Assembly: GCF_009914755.1 (NCBI RefSeq)
Contig: NC_060927.1
Direction: 5' to 3' (one strand)
DNA: 64,000 nt
From: the human T2T-CHM13v2.0 reference genome, Homo sapiens
A program made the translations under genes and the position numbers. The notes beneath the pieces were generated by a model. It made no database searches, was not told where the DNA came from, and worked only from the letters and a program-made list of their open reading frames with translations. The first letter of the stretch is position 1, and every line of letters starts with the position of its first letter. This document shows, in pieces, positions 50,190 to 64,000 of the stretch.

Positions 50190-50410
50190 GAGATGGTATG
50201 AGGAAGGAGTTAGGCATTTGGACCCAAAGCTCACTCATACCTGGGTTCAAATCTTGGCTGAGTCACTTATTTAAGAAGTTTTTTGTTTGCTCGGATTATG
50301 TTTGTCTGTCTTTCAAATGAGGCTCAAGGTAGGTAATTTACAAAGTTACTGTGATGTTTAAAAGAATATGAATGATGCTTTACAAATTAGTAATCAATAA
50401 ATGCTAATTA
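50190..50410 (+). mobile_element. MIR SINE
   Basis: cctgggttcaaatcttggct...tcaataaatg. Confidence 0.65.
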
Positions 50411-51039
50411 AAGATACTCACAAAATATACCTAAATTGTTACTACTGTACTTTGTAATTTCTGACATTCTACTTTTATGAATCAAACTCTCAATTTCTTC
50501 CAGACTTTCATATTTGTTTATTTTGGGAGCTGAAATGTCCTCAGAAGAAAGTAACTGTTTTGGTTATTATTAAGCTAGATGATGAGGGCCAAAACCACAA
50601 AATAACAGTGGCTTAGACAAGAGAAGCTGGTGTAGAAAGAATGGTGCCCAGTATCAAAGCCCCTTCCATCTGTGTCTCCTACTTCCATTCCAATGTGTCT
50701 GCTCGAGCTCCTCGAGCAGTTAAGCAATCAGAGAGGTCAGGGCAGAAAGGGCAGAAAACGAGAGGCTTCCATAGACAACCAGTGGCTCCCTCAGGCACTC
50801 TCCATCACATAAACCTGTTTTACCTTCTCCACTGACTGCAATCATCTTGTGTTTTTGTTTACTTGTTTATTGTCTGTTTCTTCTCAGTAGAACATAAGCA
50901 TCAGGAGCTCAGGGACTTTGTCTTATTTGCCACTGTTTTCCCCACACCTGATACCATGGCTGGTACTTTGTAGACACACACTCAACAACTTTCCTTCTTT
51001 CCTTCCTCCTCTCCCCTCCCCTTCCCTTCCCTTCTCTCT

Positions 51040-51303
51040 GCTTTTATTTTAGATTCAGGGGGTACAAGTGCCGGTTTGTTACTTGGGTATATGATGTGAT
51101 CCTGAAGTTTGGGTTATGAATGATCCTGTCACTCAGGTACTAAGCATAGGATCCAACAGTCTTTCAGCCCTTGCCCCTACTCCCTCCCTCCACCAGCCAG
51201 TAGTCCCCAGTGTCTATTGTTGCCATCTTTATGTCCATAAGTACCCAATGTTTAGCTCCCACTTACAGGTGAGAACATTCAGTATTTGGTTTTCTGTTTC
51301 TGT
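51040..51303 (-). mobile_element. L1PA (older primate) 3' end
   Basis: ttttagattcagggggtacaagtg...tttagctcccacttacaggtgagaaca; pyrimidine-rich tail upstream. Confidence 0.85.
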
Positions 51304-52156
51304 GACATTCACCGTCTTTAGAATGAATTCCAGAGTAAAATTATTTTGCTTTGACATAATAAAAGGATATCCTTCAAAGTGTTTTGTGCATAGTAGGTCC
51401 TCAGTGAAGCCGCCTGGAATGAGCAATTGAACAATGAATATAATACCAGTCAGCTTAGATTAGTGTCAGATAATAATAATAGTTAACAATGATTACGTGC
51501 CAAGGAATATGCGAAGTGTTTTACAGGCTTTATCTCATTTATTCCTCCAGCAACCCAAGGACAGTAAGGAGTAATAGTTATCTCACCTTAATGATAAGAA
51601 AATTAGATTTCAGGGAAGTTAAATACACTGCCCAAGGTATACCATTGGAAAAAAAACAAAACAACAACAACAACACAACAGACCCAGGACTTGCACTAGG
51701 TATATCAGATTTCAAGGCTGGTGGTCTTAAACAATAGGCAGCCCACAGAGGACACAGCTAAACTATGTGAATCCATGAATCCATTGAGGTGATTTCCGGA
51801 TTCCTGGACTAATTGCAATAAAAGATGTTTGAGGTGCAATAGACCAGTTTCTAATATGTGTGGCAAAGTAATACAAAGAAGCACTTTGCTAAGAAATTAG
51901 TCATTGTCCATTGACTTGACAGTGAGTCTATCTGAACTTGTTCTATTATCTTGTTATGATTAGTGATAGATCAACTTAAATTAAAGGGAAAGTTAGTGAA
52001 GTGAAACCCAAAAGTTAGCCAAAGGAGAAAAAAAAGTCAAGTTGATAAAAGCTGGACTTGAGGTTTTTCTTCCAATATTTGAAGTCTCATTTTCTTTTTT
52101 AAATAAAAAAGAACTAAGTGTCCAAAATTTTCTTTAATTAGGCATATTTTCCCTCA

Positions 52157-52500
52157 ACTTTTATTTTAATTTCTCGGGTACATGGGCAGGATGTGCGGGT
52201 TTGTTACATAGGTAAACATGTGCCATGGTGATTTGCTGCACAGATCAACCCATCACCTAGGTATTAAGCCCAGCATCCATTAGCTATTCTTCCTCATGCT
52301 CTCCATCCCCACAGCCCCCTGACAGGCCTCAGTGTGTGTTGTTTCCCCTCATGTGTCCATGTGTTCTCATTGTTCAGCTCCCACTTACAAGTGAGAACAT
52401 GGGGTATTTCAGTTTCTGTTCCTGCGTTAGTTTGCTGAGGATCATGGCATCCAGCTCTATCCATGTCCTTGCAAAGGACATTATCTTGTTCCTTTTTGTG
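52157..52500 (-). mobile_element. L1PA 3' end
   Basis: ggtttgttacataggtaaacatgtgccatggtg...catcacctaggtattaagccc...gcaaaggaca. Confidence 0.9.
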
Positions 52501-52808
52501 GTTTTTTAAAAATAGCATGCAGCTAAATGTCACCAGAGTTCAGGTTTTAACAATTACAGCTATAGAAAATAACTCAGAATTCATTTTTTAAAAAATAAAA
52601 GTCAAAATCTTCCTGTTTGAGGCAATGTGGGATGCAGGAAACGTTCTGGACTTGGAAGTTAGACACAGCCAGCTTGGCAATGCTTGCTTTGCCAGTTTCT
52701 GGCTGGGGGGCCAATGTCTTCTCATTTCCCTGAGACTTGGTTTCCTTATCTTTTAAAAAAATTAGAATGGTACTATAATTTCCTCTGCTATTAGGTCATG
52801 AAGGATCA

Positions 52809-53310
52809 ATGCCACCACACCCGGCTAATTTTGTATGTTTAGTGGAAACAAGGTTTCACCATGTTGGCCAGGCTGGTCTCGAACTCCTGACCTCAAGTGA
52901 TCTGCCCACCTTGACCTCCCAACATGCTGGGATTACAGACATGAGCCGCTGCATCCAGTTTTCTGGACTTTTATGGAGCCTAGCTCAATGTAAATCACTG
53001 AGCTTACTCCTCAACTTTTTTTTTTTTTTGAGATGAAGTCTCACTTTGTCACCCAGGCTGGAGTACAGTGGCGCTATCTCGGCTCACTGCAACCTCTGTC
53101 TCCCGGGTTCAAAGATTCTCCTGCCTCAACCTACTGAGTAGCTGGAATTACAGGCACCCACCACAATGCCCAGCTAATTTTTCTATTTTTGGTTGAGACA
53201 GGGTTTCACCATGTTGGCCAGGCTGGTCTCCAACTCCTGACCTTAGGTGATCCACCAGCCTTGGCCCCCCAAAGTGCTGGGATTACAGGCATCAGCCATT
53301 GCGCCCAGCC
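52809..53310 (-). mobile_element. Alu left-arm remnant (52809-52958) and AluS (53016-53310)
   Basis: Reverse Alu consensus. Confidence 0.88.
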
Positions 53311-53454
53311 TTACTCTTTAACTTTACTTGGCTGAAGTAAATCTGTGTAGGTTTTTATCAACACTTAGAAAAATTCAGGAATAACGTACCTATAGCAAAG
53401 TGCATAAATCTTAAGTGTTCAGTGCTCTGCATAATTTAAACATGTACACATGCA

Positions 53455-53760
53455 GCATGCAGTGGCTCATGCCTATAATCCCAACACTGGGAGGCTGAGG
53501 AGGGAGGATTGCTTGAGCTCAAGAGTTTGAGACCACCTGGGCAACATAGAGAGACTTTGTTTCTCCAAAAAAAAAAAAAAAAAAAAATTAGTTGGGCATA
53601 GTGGCATGTACCTGTATTCCCAGCTACTTAGGAGGCTGAGGTGGGAGGATCGCTTGAGCCTGGGAGGTGTAGGCTGCAGGGATCCATAATGGCACCATTG
53701 CACTCTAGCCTGGACGACAGAATGAGACTCTGTCTCAAAAAATAAAAATAAAAATATCAG
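53455..53760 (+). mobile_element. AluJ
   Basis: Dimeric J-type Alu. Confidence 0.9.
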
Positions 53761-54624
53761 TAAGTAAATAAAGTATACAACCACATACCTCCAACCCAGA
53801 TCAAGATGGAGAATATTTCCAGCACCGAGGTTTCCTCATACTCTTCCTAATTGGTACTTCCTCCAAGGATAACTAATATTTAAATTTTTTTTAACTTTTC
53901 ATTTTGAAATAATTTCAGCCTTACAAAAAAATTGCCAAGTAGTATAAAGTATCCCTGCCTACCCTTCACTCACCTTTCCCAAGTCATGAAATACTTATAA
54001 AAACCAGGAAATTAACGTCAATAGAATTCTATAGACCTTGTAGACCTTTCACCAATTTTTCCACGAATATCTTTTTTTCTGGTCCAGGATCAATGCCAGG
54101 TTCACACATTGTATCCTGTTGTTATGTTTCTTTAGCCTAATGCAATCTGGAACAGTTCCTCTGTCCTTCCTGTCTTTTATGACAGTTTAAGAGGCTGGTC
54201 AGTTATTTTATATAATATCCCTCAATTTAAGTTTGTGTGATGTTTCCTCATGATTAAATTCAGGCTATGCATTTTTGGCAATGCTGTGACAGAGATCTTA
54301 CGCCCTTCTTAGTGCTTACTATCTGGAGGTACATGATGATGTCTCACTGGTAGTGATGTTAGCCTTGATCACATGATAAAGGCGATATCTTCCAGATCTC
54401 TCAACTTTAAAGTTATTATTTCTGCCTTTCTAATTAATAAATATCTTGTTGGGAGATATTTTGAAATGATGCAAATATCTTGTTACTCATCATACATTTA
54501 CCTACTAATTTTAGCACCCATTATTGCTGTTTGCCAAATAGTGGTTCTCTACTTTGATCATTCCTTCTACATTTATGAATTGGAATTCTATTGTAAGAAA
54601 GAGGTATCCCTTCTCCCCATTTAA

Positions 54625-55202
<578 letters not shown>

Positions 55203-55564
55203 CCCATTTACTTCTTTATTCAATTATATACTTAATATTTAAATGTGTTACTTAAATTTTATATACTAAATATAATTTAATAAGTACATTTAAAATTGTT
55301 TTATAATTATATATGTTATATATTTATTTACCAACTATTCATTTAGTGTCAGCCTGTACTCACGGTTATTTTCTTTTATTTTTTGTGTTATAACCCATCA
55401 CTGCCAGTGTTTGTTGCTCACATTGTCCCAGCTTTGGTCATTGGGATTGCCTTCATGCTTGCTCCTGTGTCTACTTTCTGCAACCATAAGATGTTCCAGA
55501 CTCGTCTTGTGCTTTTCCTGCCCCAGTGCTGGAATCAATCATTTCTTTAAGAAGCTCTTATTCT

Positions 55565-56064
55565 TTTTAATAATAAAAAACTAGAGATGGGGTCTCGCTA
55601 CATTGACCAGGCTGGTCTCAAACTTATGGCCTCAAGTGATTCTCCCATCTCGGCCTCCCAAAGTACTGGGATTGCAGGCATGAGCCACTGTGAGCAGCCA
55701 AGACACCCTTATTATTTTCACTGGGGAATGGCATAGAGACAGACCTGGGCTCATTGCTTGTGAGGTGTCATTTCTTTTGTTGCTTCTAGGTCCTTTGAGC
55801 AGAAAGCACTTGGACACATACATGTGTATACTAACATACACACGCATCTACTTCTATTTCTACATCTATCTGTATAGCTGTGTAGCTATGTCTATAAAAC
55901 TGTGGTTCTGGCTGGGCGTGGTGGCTTATGACTGTAATCCTAGCACTTTGGGAGGATGAGGCGGGAGGATCACTTGAGCTCAGAAGTTCAAGATCATCAT
56001 GGGCAGCATGGTGAGATCTTGTCTCTACAAAAAATTTAATAATTAGCTGGGTGTGGTGGCACAT
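55565..56064. mobile_element. FLAM (55565-55699, minus) and partial AluJ (55909-56064, plus)
   Basis: Left-arm consensus in opposite orientations. Confidence 0.85.
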
Positions 56065-56949
56065 GAACACACATAGCATAGCTTCAGAGTTGCTAATCCA
56101 TACCCCTCTGAAGATAAAATTTAACTAGAATACAATATTTGTGTACATTTTTTTAGTCTTGTAATACGTAGCAAAAAAAAAATATTGTGTTCTAAATTTA
56201 CTTAGGTTAGTTTGCTCAACCCCTACACCCAGTGATTATTGTTGGTGGTGTCTCAGTTTTATTTGTTAATGTTTGTATTCTGTTTGTTTTCTCCCTACAT
56301 TCTGGTTGATTTCAATTATGTATTTATTTCCTTAGGATGTAAAACATTACCATGATTCTGGAATCTAGAACTATACTCAGAAGTATGTCATTCTCCTTTC
56401 ATATGTTCCACCCCACTCCCATTTCCCCATTCTTTCCACCCCATTTCCACTTTTCTGTTGTTAATCAGTCTCATTAGTTTCCATGGTGTCCATCCCTTGT
56501 ATATTTCCTTTCATCTCCTTCTTTCTTACACAGAGGTAGCCTACTACAGATACTCTGTTTTTTCACTTGAAACATGCTATTGGAAATTACTTTATACCAG
56601 TTCATTGAGAGCTTCCTCATTCTCTTTTTACAGCAACACAATACTCCATTGTGTGAGTGTGCTTCAGTTTATTCATCCAGTATCCCATCTGTGGGCATGT
56701 AGGTGGTTTCCAATATTTTACAATGACAAACAATGCTGTAATTATTTGTGTGTATTTTTATATTGTTGGAAATGTGTCTCCACTATGAATTGCTAGAAAG
56801 GGAATTGCTGGCTCAACATGTTAGTGGGTAGTTTTGTCAGGTAGTTCCAAATTCCCCTCTGTAGGGATTGTACTATCATGTATTTCCATCAGCAGTGTAT
56901 GACAGTGTCTATTTCCCTATGATCTTGCTATCAGAATGATTTGTCATAC

Positions 56950-57240
56950 TTTTTTTTTGAGACAGGGTCTCGCTCTGTCACCCCTGCTGGAGTGCAGTGG
57001 CTTGATCATGACTCACTGCAGCCTCGACCACCCAGGCCCAAGTGATCCTCCCACCTCAGCCTCCTGAGTAGCTGGGACCACAGGTGAACGCCACCATGCC
57101 TGGCTGATTTTTATATTGTTTAAAGAGATTGGGGTTTCACCATGTTGCCTAGGCTGGTCTCAAACTCTTGGGCTCAAGTGATCTGCTCACCCTGGCCTCC
57201 TAAAGTGCTGGGATTACAGGAGTGAGCCACCACGCCCAGG
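56950..57240 (-). mobile_element. AluJ
   Basis: Reverse Alu; TSD tgtcatac. Confidence 0.92.
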
Positions 57241-57319
57241 GTGTCATACCTTTTGATTTTTACAAATCTAGCAGGTGGGGAATGGTATTTCAATATAGTT
57301 TTAATTTACATTTATCTAA

Positions 57320-57675
<356 letters not shown>

Positions 57676-57796
57676 TGTACATATGTATTTTTAAGGACCA
57701 TCTGTACATATGTATTTTTTGTGCTGAATTGTCTGTCCATGTGTCTTTCCCCTTCTTTTATTAGTTTTAATCTAATTTCAAAATGTTCTCTCTCTC

Positions 57797-58092
57797 TTTT
57801 TGGAAACAGAGTCTTGCTCTGTTGCCCAGGCTGGAGTGCAGTGGCGTGATCTCTGCTCACTACAACCTCCGCCTTCTGGGTTCAAGTGATTCTCGTGCCT
57901 CAACCTCCTGAGTAGCTGGGAGTACAGGCGTGCACCACCATGCCCGACTAATATTTTTTATTATTTTATTTTCGTAGACACGGTGTTTCACCCTGTTGCC
58001 CAGGCTGTTCTTGAACTCCTGAGCTCAGGCAATCTGTCCACCTCAGCCTCCCAAAGTGCTAGGATTACAGGTGTGAGCCACCACACCCAGCT
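57797..58092 (-). mobile_element. Alu (J/S)
   Basis: Reverse Alu. Confidence 0.9.
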
Positions 58093-59130
58093 AGAGATAT
58101 TAGTCTTTTTTTTATATATACATATTGCAAATATTTTCTTTAGGTTTGTCCAGTTGTCTTTTTGTCATACATAATTGTTAATGTGTGTGACAAAATACAC
58201 ATTATGCGGTCAAATTTATCCCTCTTTTACTGCCTCAGGATTTTTGAGTCATTATAAAGTCTTTCCCTACATTAAGGTTAATGAGGAATTCACCCATGTT
58301 TTCTTTTAGTATATGTATAGTTTTACTTATTTTTTCCTTTTTCATTTAGCTTCCTGGTCCATTTGGAGTTTATTCTTGTGCGTGATGGGAAATATGCATT
58401 TAATTTTATCTTTTACAAGTGGCTATTCATTTTTCTCAGCCCTATTTAGTAAAAATCTGTCTTTGCCCCAGTGATTTGAAGTGCCATCTTTATCATACGC
58501 TAAAAGTGTTCATTTCAATTTGAATCTATATTTGGGCATTTTATTCCACAAGTCTATTTGTCTTTTTTTTTTTTTTTTTTTTTTTTTTTGCACCCGTTGC
58601 ACTGCTTTGATTATAAAATCTATTGGTCTGGTGAGGCAAGACCACCTTTGAAATTTTTCTTTTTCAGTGTAGGTAACAACTCTTCCTGACTTCCATCACC
58701 TTAGATTGAATTTGCCTGTTTTTGAACTTCATGTAATAGAATCATATGGTATCTGTTATTTTATGTCTGACTTCTTTCATTTGATCTTGTATCTGTGAGA
58801 TACATTCATGCTGTTGGAAGTAGCCGCACCTTGTTCGTTTTCAGTATTGTGTCCTATTTCTTTGTATGTCTCTACCACAACTGATCGATCCGTATTTTGT
58901 TTATACATATGTAAATTGTTTCCAGTTGGGTGCTGTTGTGAAGAAAGCTGTTATGAACTTTTTTTTTTTTTTTTTTTTTTGGCACACCAATGCACACATG
59001 TCTCTCAGAATTCCTAGGAGTGAAATTGCTTGGGCATAGGATAAATGAATATTTAGCTTTGGTAGATAATACCAAACAGTTTTTCAAAGTGTTTGTACCA
59101 ATTTGCTAGCACATAGTATTGTCAGTCTTT

Positions 59131-59261
59131 TTTTTTTTTTAATTAAAAAGTAAACTTTAATGTCGAAAATGCAAACTTGGGGAAGGCAGAAAGATCACAC
59201 ACAAGGCTGTCACTTCACACTTGGAAGGTTGCACAGCGGCCCAGACAGTGGAGGGGCCGGG
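59131..59261 (-). mobile_element. 5'-truncated retroposon, probably SVA2 (VNTR remnant + unique 3' region + polyA)
   Basis: Minus strand CCCGGCCCCTCCACTGTCTGGG-CCGCTGTGCAACCTTCCAAGTGTGAAGTGACAGCC...GACATTAAAGTTTACTTTTTAATT-A(n); perfect 16-bp TSD agtattgtcagtcttt. Confidence 0.75.
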
Positions 59262-59455
59262 AGTATTGTCAGTCTTTGAAGCTGCCTTAAAAGAAAAGAA
59301 GAAAGAAAACCTTGTATGACATAATTCTTCTTCCTCTTGAAACTCAAGAGTCATTTCCAAAACAGGAAATGGCTAGAAACAAAACAAAACAAACCCAGCA
59401 ACCTCCATTTTTTAAAACACACCTAACAAGTTACTTGTGGCAGTCATGGGTTTTA

Positions 59456-60645
<1,190 letters not shown>

Positions 60646-60750
60646 CCCTGGTACTGGGCTTTGTTAGAATAACATAGAATAACAAAGGGGAGACAAGGCT
60701 CTTACTTATCCCCTGCAAATATGTTTTAGCAACCTCCTCTTTGTTCTAAA

Positions 60751-60935
60751 CCAGTGGTTTTCAATCTTTAGCATGCCTCAAAATCACCTGGAGAGTTGAT
60801 TAAAACAGCTTGCTGGACTTGACTGTCAGAGTTTCTGATTAAGTGGGTTTGAGATGAGGTCAAGAATTTGCATTTTTATCAAGTTCCTAAGTGACTCTGA
60901 GGCTGCTGGTCAAGGGACCACACTTCAAGAATGAT
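60751..60935. mobile_element. MER5A
   Basis: cagtggttttcaa...aatcacctggagagttgattaaaacag...gggaccacacttcaagaa. Confidence 0.82.
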
Positions 60936-60943
60936 TATTCTAG

Positions 60944-61333
<390 letters not shown>

Positions 61334-62143
61334 CAAAAAATAGAAATCTCTATCATCATTTTGAATGACAACCTAGTATTGCATCACGTGGATATACTAG
61401 AATTTATATAACTGTTTCTAACAGCATATTCTGTTAATTTGTGGGGTTTTTTTGTATTATTATATTAACATGAACAACTCTATCGTAAGTATCATTTTAT
61501 AGTAATCCTAACTGTTTAATAATTTCCTTAAGGCAAATTCTTAAAAGAATTGCTGGATCAGAGGGAAATGTTTGGGGCTTTTTTTTTTTCTCATATCGTC
61601 TTCGTAATCCACCTAATTTCTACTTCCAGATATATTGCCCTTAGATTTAGATATTTTGCCAGGGGACTTCTGGTTGATCCTGCCTCAGCTGGCCAAGGCC
61701 TTGGCCATTTGCTCTGTAGGGGTCTTTCTTTAATGTTGCAAGAGTTGAACACTAAAGATAGCACTGCCAGGCCTGGGCTAGCTCATTCCTAAGAGTTAAT
61801 TTAAAAATTTTTACCAGGAAGAGAATAAAAGCCTGGGAAGTTCTTAAGACTTCTGTCTTTCTCTACATCATGAGAATTTGAGCATACTTTCTGTCTTTGT
61901 CATATTTCTATTTGAGAATAGAGGCAACCAACTGCCTAATACTCCAAAGAGAAGGAAAGAAGTTGCATTCAGATGTCATCTGCCGATCATCTCAGTCATG
62001 AAAGAAAGTCATCCAGCAGAGGGAAAAGCTGGGTCCAAGTTATGTCTTTATGCTCGACCATGGAAGAATTTATTTTCAGATGTACTTGCCCTCCTAAATC
62101 AGAGCAGCACTTCTAGTTTAGCTGGGACTTCTAGTAGAATTCA

Positions 62144-63590
<1,447 letters not shown>

Positions 63591-64000
63591 AATATATTAC
63601 TTAATGGCATTTTGAGTGGAAAATAAAAAGGGCTTTGATGAAAACTTTTCTAACTGATGTCCATCTTTTGGAGTCCTGAGTTGGTTTCTCAGTACCTTGC
63701 AAAAAGAACTAATTGATCAGAGGCTGATAGGTAGAAGGGCGTCTCCCTTGATCTTCGGCCAAGAATTCTTCTAGCCTAGGAATGTTTTTGTTAGACATTG
63801 CAGAAACCTAAATGAGGTTTAGGACAACCCATGGATGTCCATTAGGATGCTGTAGAAAGTGTTCTCTCCCTCCCTTCCTTTCTTCATTTTTTCTTCCTCT
63901 TCCCTTTCCTCTCCCGTTCCTTCTTTCCTTCCTTCCAAACGGGAAATTTTACTGCGATTACCTTTGTTTTGTTAAGAAGCTTGAACTCTTTCATGGCATT

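Noticed and set aside
63865-63936. Polypyrimidine tract as a splice acceptor or H-DNA
   Set aside because: Low-complexity CT-rich sequence with no adjacent convincing AG/exon, lying at the window edge.

Overview
This is human non-coding genomic DNA, either intergenic or deep intronic. A human-specific AluYb8 and an AluYa5-lineage element fix the species. The window is dominated by interspersed repeats: about 60 Alu copies, old L1/L2/MIR fragments, solo LTRs (MER11, LTR8A-like, MST, several MLT1) and DNA-transposon MITEs (Tigger3a, MER2, MER5A, MER33, MER53, MER58A). I found no credible protein-coding exon; the supplied ORFs are Alu/L1/LTR-derived or low-complexity. I found no CpG island, tRNA, rRNA or CRISPR array, and no evidence of a novel gene system. 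The interest lies in structural history readable from target-site duplications (TSDs). It includes a ~390-bp micro-inversion strongly supported by swapped Alu TSDs (3.9-4.3 kb) and a ~230-bp templated copy of the 16.3-16.55 kb locus into an Alu at 6.66 kb. There is also a MER11 LTR inserted at the apex of a head-to-head Alu fusion, an L1PB 3' transduction, a tailless U2 snRNA retropseudogene and a probable SVA2 fragment. Finally there are trimeric and monomeric Alus and apparent captured-DNA insertions inside old L1s. Repeat subfamily names come from my recall of consensus sequences and should be confirmed with RepeatMasker/Dfam; boundaries of old repeats are approximate.
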